Of a stretch of 64,000 nucleotides of DNA, positions 1 through 8,927 are shown piece after piece. Each line of letters opens with the position of its first letter. The stretch's first letter is position 1. Location: sequence record NC_005260.1; one strand, written 5' to 3'. Below the pieces are notes generated by a model. It saw nothing but the letters and a program-made list of their open reading frames with translations, was not told the origin of the DNA and did no database searches. Made by a program: the position numbers and the translations under genes.

Positions 1-2199
1 TTATTTTGCGACTTCTACGATGTTTTTAGCGATTGCATCTTTCAAATCATAGATCTGATTGAGATACCCAATGATCAGAGGGTTATTCTTCTCAAATTCG
101 CGAACTTTCGCATAAGCGCGGTCCGTTGCTTCCTTAACGAGTTTGGATACCACACCTTCAAGTGTACGCTGTTTGGCGTCTTTCAAGTCACAACGAGAAT
201 CACGAACTAACAGCAGGAATTCACCGATATCGCTACGTTGGCCGTTATGTCCACACAGATCGTCAGTCAGTGGCTTAGTGATTGGGTTAGATGACAGACG
301 GTTGATCCAACGCTCATTCACAGTCACACCGAAGTGATCCATAGTGACTTTGCCCATCTGATCCACAACATAATCGGTAACCATGAACTCGTTAAACTGC
401 TCGATATCCTTGTTTTTATCTGCCCGTGCCCAGTGCTGGGACTTGAAGACATAAACAGTTTTACCTTCCAGTTTAGACCAAGTTTTAATGATTCGATCAT
501 TGAACGTGGTAACAGTTTTCCAGTTTTCGTACTTGTCGCGAGTCTTGCCGTTTTTCAGAGTCTCGGTAGTGATCGTCGGAGTAGCAATCTTGTGATATCC
601 ATATTCATGGGCACACCAGATAACATCTTTCAGATCATCGATATCTTCGACATACATCTGGACTTCGGATGTAACGCCATTCTCGTATTTTACAACGTTA
701 GTTGCCTTACCGGTACGCTTCTTGACTTGAATCAAGCCTTTGTCCTTCATTTCTTTCAGAACTTCGGCACGTACTTTAGACAACAGAATCACTTTACCGT
801 CTTTCATCCGAGTCGGGAAATATTTCAGGTACTCTACCATGTTTTCGCGATTCGCTTTACCAACGGTAATGCTTTTCGGGTCTTTCTCGTCAACTTTCGC
901 ATTGGAGAATACATCAAACACATGTGCACCTTCAACTCGGAATTTGTTCAGACGATCAAGTCCGTACATAACTTCGGCAGCTCCAGTTTTCAGATCGTTG
1001 ATGATCACTGGACGGAAACTTGCACCAAAGCTAATATCTACGCCGTTTGACCAACGCTGTTTAACTTTACGAACGGTACCAGCACCAACGCTTGCACGAA
1101 CGATAGGAACATCTGCATTAGGACGAGTATATCCATTCAGTTGTGCTTTCCAAGTCTCGATAGTTTTCTTGCGGAACACACGCTTTTGAATCATGCGTTG
1201 CCACACTTCGTTCGGGAATCTGCCAATCATGTGTGAATACAGTTCGCGGATATCTTTGCATTTTTTGAATGCGTCGTCAATCTCTACCTCGTGAACTTTG
1301 TTCAGCAGTTTCATCCGCTTATCTATTGACGCGATGGTGTCCGGATCCAATGACAGTTCTTCGCGGCTCGGAGTCATATCCAGTTCGCCGATTTCAAAGC
1401 GAACGTAATATGTCTTACGAGAGGCATAAAGACCAATCATGGTGTTGTTCCAGTATTCAGCTGGAATCGGATACACTACACCACCCATAACAGCATACAC
1501 GCCGTTGCCGTGCTGTGAGTTGTAATTGCTGTCAATCTTGCAAATACCGTCTTTGTCGAACTCAAGATAGTTCACAGTGATCGGCTTGCCAATGAATCGA
1601 GGACGATACTCACCAAACGAACAGAACACGCGCTTGGCTTCTGCTTCCCAAGTATTCATGTCGTTAGACACAGGAACAGTAACTTCAACGCCAGTGTGTT
1701 CGGAAGAATCTTCCTCATACATTTTCATGATGTTCGGCTCGCCGTTTTTCATGAATGCGCTGAAAATCATTTTCTTGCCACCGAACCAAGAAGTAACGGT
1801 GAAAGTGTCGGTGTATGCGAACGGAGACTTACATCCCAGACCGAAGCCACCGATTTCGTCGTTACTGTTGGACTTGGTACTTGCAAAGTAAGTGCAGTAA
1901 AGCCCGGTAACATCTTCCTCACTCAGACCAATACCGTAATCACGGACGCTGAATTGTTGATTCAACATGCTCGGCAGAGTGACGTCGAAAGTCTTGCTAA
2001 CTTCTACGCCAGTGCGTTTCAGAGCGATGTGGCCATCTACGGCGTTGCAACACAGTTCACGAATGATCGCACGTTGCTTGTATTTGTACAAAGAGCTGGA
2101 CAGAATCTTGAATGCTTTTGCACTCGCCAGAATCTTAAAGCCCGCGCTTTGGTCTGCCGCGCTTCCGTAAATCTCGGTTTGTTCTTGATGAATTTTCAT
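1..2199 (-). CDS. rIIA: rIIA protector from prophage-induced early lysis (GHKL-type ATPase N-terminus)
   Basis: 732 aa; FKILSSSLY...IIRELCCNAVDGH, VRDYGIGL and IGGFGLGCKSPFAY motifs as in T4 rIIA. Confidence 0.93.
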   Translation of the reverse strand: MKIHQEQTEIYGSAADQSAGFKILASAKAFKILSSSLYKYKQRAIIRELCCNAVDGHIALKRTGVEVSKTFDVTLPSMLNQQFSVRDYGIGLSEEDVTGLYCTYFASTKSNSNDEIGGFGLGCKSPFAYTDTFTVTSWFGGKKMIFSAFMKNGEPNIMKMYEEDSSEHTGVEVTVPVSNDMNTWEAEAKRVFCSFGEYRPRFIGKPITVNYLEFDKDGICKIDSNYNSQHGNGVYAVMGGVVYPIPAEYWNNTMIGLYASRKTYYVRFEIGELDMTPSREELSLDPDTIASIDKRMKLLNKVHEVEIDDAFKKCKDIRELYSHMIGRFPNEVWQRMIQKRVFRKKTIETWKAQLNGYTRPNADVPIVRASVGAGTVRKVKQRWSNGVDISFGASFRPVIINDLKTGAAEVMYGLDRLNKFRVEGAHVFDVFSNAKVDEKDPKSITVGKANRENMVEYLKYFPTRMKDGKVILLSKVRAEVLKEMKDKGLIQVKKRTGKATNVVKYENGVTSEVQMYVEDIDDLKDVIWCAHEYGYHKIATPTITTETLKNGKTRDKYENWKTVTTFNDRIIKTWSKLEGKTVYVFKSQHWARADKNKDIEQFNEFMVTDYVVDQMGKVTMDHFGVTVNERWINRLSSNPITKPLTDDLCGHNGQRSDIGEFLLLVRDSRCDLKDAKQRTLEGVVSKLVKEATDRAYAKVREFEKNNPLIIGYLNQIYDLKDAIAKNIVEVAK

Positions 2200-2221
2200 T
2201 GTTTGCTCTCATTGTTGACAT
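2135..2221 (-). CDS. putative 28-aa basic uORF overlapping rIIA start (MSTMRANNENSSRTNRDLRKRGRPKRGL)
   Basis: GAGGA SD 7 nt before ATG 2221, same geometry as neighbouring genes; contains RKRGRPKR. Confidence 0.4.
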   Translation of the reverse strand: MSTMRANNENSSRTNRDLRKRGRPKRGL

Positions 2222-2243
2222 AATATATTCCTCACATAACATC

Positions 2244-2266
2244 AGAAAGTGGCTGGTGTCAGCCAC
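2244..2266 (-). terminator. rho-independent terminator
   Basis: GTGGCTG-ACAC-CAGCCAC then TTTCT, just after the 2271 stop. Confidence 0.6.
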
Positions 2267-2270
2267 CGGT

Positions 2271-2558
2271 TTATTTGAATGCGGCGAATGTCGCCTCTGC
2301 TTGTTTCTTGAAAACCCAGTCAACAAACTCTGCCTCGGTCTTCAATTCACTCAACATGATGCCATCATACGTGCTGTTAGCCCATCTGTCAAATGTTTTT
2401 TCGTGCTCGCTGATCTCAAACATGCCATCACATGCAACACGGAATCGAAATAGACCGTTTTTAGAAACGGGATAAAACTTATCCCACTTCCGGTCTTTAC
2501 CAATTTTCAGCAAAGCCGTCTTACACCAATGCTTATACTGCTTGGGTAGTTTTGTCAT
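2271..2558 (-). CDS. hypothetical protein
   Basis: 95-aa ORF coupled to neighbours in the operon. Confidence 0.75.
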   Translation of the reverse strand: MTKLPKQYKHWCKTALLKIGKDRKWDKFYPVSKNGLFRFRVACDGMFEISEHEKTFDRWANSTYDGIMLSELKTEAEFVDWVFKKQAEATFAAFK

Positions 2559-2869
2559 TACAGATACTCGTCAAACCAACGTTCGCCCAGCTCTTCCAGA
2601 TCGACTTCGTAACCGAAGATCAAATTCAGATTAGCAGTTTTATGGGTAATCTCGCTCGTCTCTTTCAGAGATTCGCGGAGCTTCTTAACTTCCTGCTTAA
2701 CTGTATGCAGAACTTTGATTTCGTGTTCCTCGCAATACAATTCCCATTCGCCGAACTTGACATCGATAAACTTGATAAACTTCTCACGGAGAAAAGTCAT
2801 CTTGCCGATTTTAATGCACGGGCTGATTTTCTTGGAGATATCGCCCAGATTCTTAGTCAGATTACCCAT
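2558..2869 (-). CDS. hypothetical protein
   Basis: 103-aa ORF, overlapping start/stop with neighbours. Confidence 0.75.
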   Translation of the reverse strand: MGNLTKNLGDISKKISPCIKIGKMTFLREKFIKFIDVKFGEWELYCEEHEIKVLHTVKQEVKKLRESLKETSEITHKTANLNLIFGYEVDLEELGERWFDEYL

Positions 2870-3345
2870 TTTTGTTCCAACACCTTTTTAGAAGCTTTCT
2901 TAGACATACGACGGTTATTATAACGCTTGTCGCCGGTTACTTCAAGACCCATCCACTCAGGAAGCGGAAGAATTTCTTCGTTTTCATGGGCAAGCTCAAT
3001 CTCCGCGAGCTTAAACCCTTCATAGGGATAGCTTTGAAACTCGTCCAGCTCAATCTTATGCTTGCCGTGTTGGTACTCACTGCGCTGTTTCTTCAACACG
3101 CCACCGACCGGAGCACGACGTTTGGCAAACTCATAGATGAACTTAGGAATACGTGTTTCCAGTTCAATCTTACTCATGCCTTTACCAATCTTCATATTCC
3201 AGAAGTAGGTAGAAATGCCGTGGTGTTGTTTACGGAATCGCAGTTTACCGAGATAAAACTGCTCAATCTCTAACCGACGAATCGGTTGATCTTCGATTAC
3301 TACATCCGGATTTACCAGATACTTACGTTCAATTTCAAGTAACAT
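2857..3345 (-). CDS. CYTH-domain (triphosphate tunnel metalloenzyme) protein
   Basis: EIERKYLV N-terminal ExExK motif; IELDEF, LAEIEL, LPEWMGLEVTGDKRYNN. Confidence 0.85.
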   Translation of the reverse strand: MLLEIERKYLVNPDVVIEDQPIRRLEIEQFYLGKLRFRKQHHGISTYFWNMKIGKGMSKIELETRIPKFIYEFAKRRAPVGGVLKKQRSEYQHGKHKIELDEFQSYPYEGFKLAEIELAHENEEILPLPEWMGLEVTGDKRYNNRRMSKKASKKVLEQKWVI

Positions 3346-3397
3346 ACGCTCTCCTTTTCAAAGCATGGAATGATTCTACACTTTGAAAAAGAGGGTG

Positions 3398-5239
3398 TCA
3401 ACCCTCTTCCTCTTCAATAATGATATCATCATCGAAACCAAGCCACTGTTTGCGCTTGTGTTCATCATCACCGAACAACATTTCCAGCAGTTCTGGTGTT
3501 TGATCATCGATAACCACTTGTTCCAAAACGAGATTTTCAATACATTGTTTGTATTCGCAATCGTCGCCTTCAACAGTCAACGAGCCAAGACCCTTGATGT
3601 GTCGATGCGTCCACTTGCCGTCGAACTTCTTAGATCTAAACTCGTCGCGAGAATAGCTCCAATCAGTCTTCTTGCCGTTTGTGCTGATATACTCTGGAGT
3701 CCGAACAATGTGAATTCGTCCTTGCTCGAACCAATGCGGCCAGAACTTGTAGAAAAACGCGATAGCCAGCATAGCGATAGAACCCTTGCCGTCTTGATCC
3801 GCGTCAGTCATGATAGCGATATCAGTATAAGCCGGCGCTTCTTTCGAGCGGAGTTCTACGTTGAGAATACCAAGCAGATCTGCGATCTCTTTGTTTTTCA
3901 GCACTTCATGATCAGGCAAATTCCATACGTTCAGCATCTTACCACGCAGGGGATAAGAGCCTTGTGTTTCTTCGTTGCGGAATCGAGTGAATGGACCAAT
4001 CGCCGAATCGCCTTCTGCAAGGAACAACATCGTTTTCAATCTGCCGAGTCCAGCTGCCGCAACGTGTTTCGCTACGTTTGCTTTCTTCGCTTTCTTCTGC
4101 GCTTTAGTTGCAGCCGCTTTATCTGCTGCTTCTTTCTTCGCAAGTGCAGATGCGATAATCGGGTCAATCACTTCTGGGGTTTTCAGAATCTTGCGAGCAA
4201 GAGCCTTATAATCCAGATTCATGTGATCGCGAATCTGTGCCCATGGAGAACTCAATCGCTCTTTTGTCTGACCGTCATACTTCGGCGCTACCAGATTACG
4301 AATAAACAAGCCAATAAGCAAGCATTCTTTGATTCTTGCTTTGTTGATTTCGATCTTGTGCTGACGCTTGATCATCGGAATCAGTTCATCACTCAGAGAG
4401 TCCAGCACGCCATAAACGTGATTGCCACCCTGCTTGGTGTGAACACCGTTAACAAAGCTCAGTTGTCTGTATTCTTCGGAAGTCGCAAAGAACAAGCTAA
4501 CGTTATCATCGTTATGACTTACAACATCACCGAATTGCGCGGCGAACTTACTAAACTTACCTTCAACTTTCTTGCCGTTATACTTGAAAGTAATCGGTGG
4601 GAAGTTTACTGCCAGTGTCAACAGTCGAGACTGAATAACTTGCTCGAAATCTTCATCAAGCTGGAACACACCAAATCGAGTGAAGTCAGGAACAAATGTT
4701 ACATTCGTACCTTTGAATTTACCCGCTTTAGTTGTATAGCTTACTTCATCCGCGTTGTTTGTGCAACGTACAGTTACGGTATTTGTGCCGTTGCCGGTTT
4801 CACCAACGAAACTATCAGAGAAAAAGTTAGTAAGTGCAGAGCCAACTCCGTTTTTACCAATAGTCTTACGATCTGCGGAGAAGTTAGAGCCAGCGCGAGC
4901 GCGAGTCCAAGCAGCCAATGGCAACGGTACTTCAACACCTTCCGGAGTGACTACCATACCCTGAGGCAAACCACGGCCGTTATCTTTGACGCTTACCTGA
5001 TTGTCTTTAATAACTACTTCGATTTGATTTGCATGTTCGAAGTTAGTTCGGATCGCTTCATCCACGCTGTTATCGATCACTTCATCCGTGATCTTTACTA
5101 GACCAGGGACATACGCGATTTGAACAAACTTGCCGTCAACCAGAACATCATGGGTTTCGGTAGAAGTCGAACCGATGTACATATCCGTATTGATAAGGCA
5201 GTGTTCTTTGTCGGATAAAACTTTAAACTCTTGGGACAT
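3398..5239 (-). CDS. 39: DNA topoisomerase II large subunit (gp39+gp60 fused)
   Basis: 613 aa; EVIDNSVDE, DNGRG, GKNGVG ATPase motifs plus TOPRIM AEGDSA, MTDADQDG, IKGLGS. Confidence 0.95.
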   Translation of the reverse strand: MSQEFKVLSDKEHCLINTDMYIGSTSTETHDVLVDGKFVQIAYVPGLVKITDEVIDNSVDEAIRTNFEHANQIEVVIKDNQVSVKDNGRGLPQGMVVTPEGVEVPLPLAAWTRARAGSNFSADRKTIGKNGVGSALTNFFSDSFVGETGNGTNTVTVRCTNNADEVSYTTKAGKFKGTNVTFVPDFTRFGVFQLDEDFEQVIQSRLLTLAVNFPPITFKYNGKKVEGKFSKFAAQFGDVVSHNDDNVSLFFATSEEYRQLSFVNGVHTKQGGNHVYGVLDSLSDELIPMIKRQHKIEINKARIKECLLIGLFIRNLVAPKYDGQTKERLSSPWAQIRDHMNLDYKALARKILKTPEVIDPIIASALAKKEAADKAAATKAQKKAKKANVAKHVAAAGLGRLKTMLFLAEGDSAIGPFTRFRNEETQGSYPLRGKMLNVWNLPDHEVLKNKEIADLLGILNVELRSKEAPAYTDIAIMTDADQDGKGSIAMLAIAFFYKFWPHWFEQGRIHIVRTPEYISTNGKKTDWSYSRDEFRSKKFDGKWTHRHIKGLGSLTVEGDDCEYKQCIENLVLEQVVIDDQTPELLEMLFGDDEHKRKQWLGFDDDIIIEEEEG

Positions 5240-5274
5240 TGATACCTCTTATATGTGGAGCACTTAGACTCCAC

Positions 5275-5303
5275 ATTATACACAATAAATCGATTTGGTA
5301 AAC
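5275..5303 (-). promoter_or_regulatory. T4-early-like promoter for topoisomerase
   Basis: GTTTAC-N17-TATAAT; leader hairpin ATGTGGAG/CTCCACAT at 5253-5276. Confidence 0.75.
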
Positions 5304-5304
5304 G

Positions 5305-5805
5305 TTAGATTACCTGTTTCTTCCACTTCTCGTTCTTGCTAATCATTGCGTTAACAATCAGTTCGCGGGCTTTGTCGGCAACAAGTGCTTTATCGACATT
5401 ATCTCCGATCTGTTTTCTTAACTTCTCGTACAGTTCAACATAAACGAGATCGATGCCACTGATAATCAGATCTGCGATTTCGCAGTGCAGCGGCTCAGGG
5501 TGTTGCTTATGCGGCTTGTTAATCACTGTAGCCGCTTCGCCAAGCTCTTCCGTACACTTGCCCAGTACATAGTGTTGGCTACGTTCTACCGGTGCAATCT
5601 GAGACGTTTCCAGCACGTTGGCGATTGGGTCAACTGACTTGAGATTTTGAGCAGCATTCCAGCCCATTACCCAAGTGTTCCAGCAGCCACCACGAACGAT
5701 GAAACGCTGGTCTTCATTCAGATTTTCCCAGTTATAAGCTTTCTGGAATTCCCGCTCACAATCGAGACGATTTACAGGAGCAAGACGGACATCAAGTGGA
5801 AACAT
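5305..5805 (-). CDS. MazG-like nucleotide pyrophosphohydrolase domain protein
   Basis: KCTEELGEAA...EIADLIISGIDL acidic motif pattern. Confidence 0.7.
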   Translation of the reverse strand: MFPLDVRLAPVNRLDCEREFQKAYNWENLNEDQRFIVRGGCWNTWVMGWNAAQNLKSVDPIANVLETSQIAPVERSQHYVLGKCTEELGEAATVINKPHKQHPEPLHCEIADLIISGIDLVYVELYEKLRKQIGDNVDKALVADKARELIVNAMISKNEKWKKQVI

Positions 5806-5807
5806 TT

Positions 5808-6011
5808 TTAGCCCTTAATAAAAGCGTAGGCACGTTTGTAGCTGACAATGATGCCGTCTACACGAGATTCGATATCAATATCACTCGGAACGCGCAGATC
5901 CATGATTGCGCGGAAGATAACTTCGCGTGAACTTTCGATCAGGTTGTACACAGTACGATCCAGAGTGTCGATTTGTTTTTGCTCGAACTCGGTAAAAATT
6001 CTTTCTTCCAT
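5808..6011 (-). CDS. hypothetical protein
   Basis: start revised to MEERIF (GAGGA SD); 67 aa. Confidence 0.65.
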   Translation of the reverse strand: MEERIFTEFEQKQIDTLDRTVYNLIESSREVIFRAIMDLRVPSDIDIESRVDGIIVSYKRAYAFIKG

Positions 6012-6012
6012 T

Positions 6013-6186
6013 TTATGCTTCCTCGTTGTATTCAGTGCCAGCGTCGGTAACAGTTCGTTCTGCCAACGCTTTGCCATCTTTGTTGTAGATTACGGTAGTC
6101 ATTTCGCCAAAGCCATACGAGGTACGCTCAAAAGCACCTTCGACAGTAGCTAGGATTTCGTTATAACGTACTTCGTTGATTTTCAT
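6013..6186 (-). CDS. small hypothetical protein (57 aa, not in ORF track)
   Basis: MKINEVRYNEILATVEGAFERTSYGFGEMTTVIYNKDGKALAERTVTDAGTEYNEEA; AGAGG SD; fills the gap after dexA. Confidence 0.65.
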   Translation of the reverse strand: MKINEVRYNEILATVEGAFERTSYGFGEMTTVIYNKDGKALAERTVTDAGTEYNEEA

Positions 6187-6188
6187 CT

Positions 6189-6869
6189 TTAGCCTCTTAA
6201 AATAGAAAGTGGGTCAACATTATCGCCAGTCGGCATGTCTTCTAGACCCCAAGCATAACGCTTAGAGTATATAAGCATAAGGATATCCTTGGCGCAGTCA
6301 TGAATACTATCATGTTTCACGAATCCGTCAAGTGTTCCTTTCGGAAGTGGGCAAATAGTTTGCATTCTAGAGCACAAATTTTGTTCAATCGCTGTTCTAA
6401 TATCGCGTTGGCGAGAGAAGTTAACAGGTTGTTCAAAAATTGTATCGTCCTGTTCGAGATACTCGGAAAGCATATCCTCGAATATCGCAAAGTCAAAGCT
6501 ATTGCCACGACACCACGCGAGTGATTTCCAGTAGTCAACTTTGAAACCTGGACGTCTGATATAGTCAAAGAACTTTTCCATACCGACGTTGATGTTAACA
6601 TCATTCATACTGGGTTTCAAGTTCTTTTTCGCTTCCGGAACTTGATTCTTCCACCACTCGATTGTGGATTTCATTTTATGACGATTTGACTGAGATTTCA
6701 AGTCAAACTTGATCTTTATACCACGAGACACGAGTTCCTGAAAGCTGGGAGGATTTTGAATATCCTCCCGATAAACGATAGCAGCTAAATCAATAACTGT
6801 TGCGTTTGCTTTGTTGCTAAATGTCTCCATGTCGATGATATAATCATCGTACTCTGGAACTTGAATCAT
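6189..6869 (-). CDS. dexA: DexA 3'-5' exonuclease
   Basis: IIDMET, WCRGNSFDF, RQRDIRT, HDSIHDCAKD DEDDh motifs. Confidence 0.9.
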   Translation of the reverse strand: MIQVPEYDDYIIDMETFSNKANATVIDLAAIVYREDIQNPPSFQELVSRGIKIKFDLKSQSNRHKMKSTIEWWKNQVPEAKKNLKPSMNDVNINVGMEKFFDYIRRPGFKVDYWKSLAWCRGNSFDFAIFEDMLSEYLEQDDTIFEQPVNFSRQRDIRTAIEQNLCSRMQTICPLPKGTLDGFVKHDSIHDCAKDILMLIYSKRYAWGLEDMPTGDNVDPLSILRG

Positions 6870-7366
6870 TTAACGCCAGAACTCCCAATGCCAGATTCGC
6901 CGCGTTCGGTATTACGATCAAAGCTTTCGACCTCTTTAAAGCCAAATCCCTTCACATACAGATGGAATACCATTTGCACAACACGATCACCCGGAACGAT
7001 AGTCAGATCACCAGTGCCTTCATTACGCAGCTTGATCATGATCTCGCCGTGATAGTCAGAGTCGATAACACCAGCGGTATTAGCGAGACGGACATAATGC
7101 TTGAACCCCAGACCGGAGCGCGGCAGAATGCATCCATACACACCGATATCAAGAAACACACTTGCGAGTTGCAGAGCGCCAATATCCATTTTCAGACCAG
7201 ACGGAATCACGATATCTTCACCCGGTTTCAGAACTACGGTTTCAGCGATAGCGGCTCGCAGATCGATGCCAGCGGCTTCGGCAGATTTGAAAGCGGGCAG
7301 TTCCCACTCAGGCAGATAATGAGGCAGTCGGATTACAGGAATAGCTTCCATTAAATTTTTCTCCAT
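6866..7366 (-). CDS. dut: trimeric dUTPase
   Basis: AGIDLRA, PRSGLG, GVIDSDYHGEI, RGESGIGSSG motifs. Confidence 0.95.
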   Translation of the reverse strand: MEKNLMEAIPVIRLPHYLPEWELPAFKSAEAAGIDLRAAIAETVVLKPGEDIVIPSGLKMDIGALQLASVFLDIGVYGCILPRSGLGFKHYVRLANTAGVIDSDYHGEIMIKLRNEGTGDLTIVPGDRVVQMVFHLYVKGFGFKEVESFDRNTERGESGIGSSGVK

Positions 7367-8400
7367 TCGGATAGTCTACGTTTAGCACTTAAACCAGAAA
7401 CGATATTCTGTTTCAAATACTGTTCAATTTGTTCGGCAGTAGCGCCTTCGTTTTTGATAATATCGTTGATATCCTTAGATCTCCAAGGACATTCGTACCA
7501 CACAACCACTTTCTCGCCAGCGTCGATAAGCTTCTCCAAACGCTCTACCGTCTCTTTCGATCTCGGCTCGTTATCTAGTACCCACACACGCTTGCTCTTG
7601 AATGGAGCGTCGTTCAGATGCATGGAGCCGCCAACGATAGCCAGAGAGTTTGGAATAAAAACGCTGTCAATTGGACCTTCAAAGTAAAAGACAGTTTTAC
7701 TACCGTCAACACGTTCTAGTCCATAAATTTTGTTCGCTTGATCATCAGGCTTAACAGTCAGATACCGTTGATTCTTGTCAACGTTACCCAATGCGCGTCC
7801 CTGAATACAGCTAACACTGCCGTCTTGATTGTGAATAGGAATAACAAGCCTGTATTCACGATCAACGACTTTATAAGTCTCTGGCTTAATGTGATTGCTC
7901 AGAGCTTTCCAGTTGTCTGTGAAATAAAACAATTTCAGTTTATCTTTCGGCATACAGCGATCAAGCATGTATTGAACAACTGGATGATCTTCTCTCAGTT
8001 CGGATAGTTTAACACAAAACGGAAGATCGGAAACAACTTTTTGCTCTTTTTTCTCAAGTTTTGATCCGAGATTTAGATTGACTTCCTGACGCTTCGGACG
8101 CTCGTTGTCTTTGTACTTCTCTTTGATGTACTCACGGTATAATTCTTCGTGATACATCTGGAGATAGAGTGAAAACGGCAATTGTTTACCGCAGTTGAAA
8201 CACCCATACCAGACTTGGCCATCGCGCTCATAAAACCAGCCGCGAGATTTGTACTTGTCTTTTTGGGAGTCACCACAGATATGACAACGGAAATTGTACT
8301 TGATTTCGTGTGCTCGACTGTGATCGGAAAACATCGGCAACACAAACGCGATCTGGTGCGCCATGTGACGCTGTAGGTAAAGCATAGTTTCTCCAAACAA
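7351..8400 (-). CDS. 61: DNA primase gp61
   Basis: Zn finger RCHICGDS...CFNC; FEGPIDS TOPRIM; DNEPRS; KDIND. Confidence 0.95.
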   Translation of the reverse strand: MFGETMLYLQRHMAHQIAFVLPMFSDHSRAHEIKYNFRCHICGDSQKDKYKSRGWFYERDGQVWYGCFNCGKQLPFSLYLQMYHEELYREYIKEKYKDNERPKRQEVNLNLGSKLEKKEQKVVSDLPFCVKLSELREDHPVVQYMLDRCMPKDKLKLFYFTDNWKALSNHIKPETYKVVDREYRLVIPIHNQDGSVSCIQGRALGNVDKNQRYLTVKPDDQANKIYGLERVDGSKTVFYFEGPIDSVFIPNSLAIVGGSMHLNDAPFKSKRVWVLDNEPRSKETVERLEKLIDAGEKVVVWYECPWRSKDINDIIKNEGATAEQIEQYLKQNIVSGLSAKRRLSEWRKI

Positions 8401-8401
8401 A

Positions 8402-8423
8402 AATGCCCCAATTAAGGGGCATT
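8402..8423 (-). terminator. hairpin/terminator after 61.1
   Basis: AATGCCCC-TTAATT-GGGGCATT followed by TTTGTTT. Confidence 0.6.
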
Positions 8424-8426
8424 GTA

Positions 8427-8894
8427 TCAGCTTTTCTTTTTCTTATCAATCTTTTTTGTCTGTCCAGCGCCCATACCGGTAACAGATCCACTTTTCTCGC
8501 CAGTCGCGATCTTAGTAGCATCGCCACCGCAATCACCCGATACCATTTCGATCAGCTTGTGCAAATCGCTTTCTTCTTCGCACTCAACTAGCGGCATTCG
8601 CGATAGATCCGGCTCGCCGTATTCTTTGATAACAGCATTCCAGCCCATTTTAACTGCAAGCGCAGTTGTCCCAAATCCACCGCTGAATTTCTGAATGGTC
8701 TGTTTGAGACTTCTTACCATACTATGAAATTTCGTATAGTTCGATTTCTCTTTAGGTGTTTCCGGACGTCGCAACACATTGCCTTGATCGTCAATGATAC
8801 CTAGCTTATGCGCTTCCCACTTAGAGAATGATTTCCCAAGTAAAGTCGCTAAACGGTATGCATATACCGCATCCATGATCGTTTTTGCACTCAT
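8427..8894 (-). CDS. 61.1: conserved T4-like gp61.1 protein
   Basis: AVYAYRLATLLGKSFSKWEAHKLGIIDDQGNVL...YTKFH; position between 41 and 61; CATAAATA late-like box at 8911-8918. Confidence 0.8.
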   Translation of the reverse strand: MSAKTIMDAVYAYRLATLLGKSFSKWEAHKLGIIDDQGNVLRRPETPKEKSNYTKFHSMVRSLKQTIQKFSGGFGTTALAVKMGWNAVIKEYGEPDLSRMPLVECEEESDLHKLIEMVSGDCGGDATKIATGEKSGSVTGMGAGQTKKIDKKKKS

Positions 8895-8927
8895 AACACC
8901 TCCAAAATCTTATTTATGAAAAGGGGA

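Noticed and set aside
3383-5101. 572-aa plus-strand ORF
   Set aside because: Antisense shadow of topoisomerase; no SD or promoter, implausible composition, and all real genes here are on the minus strand
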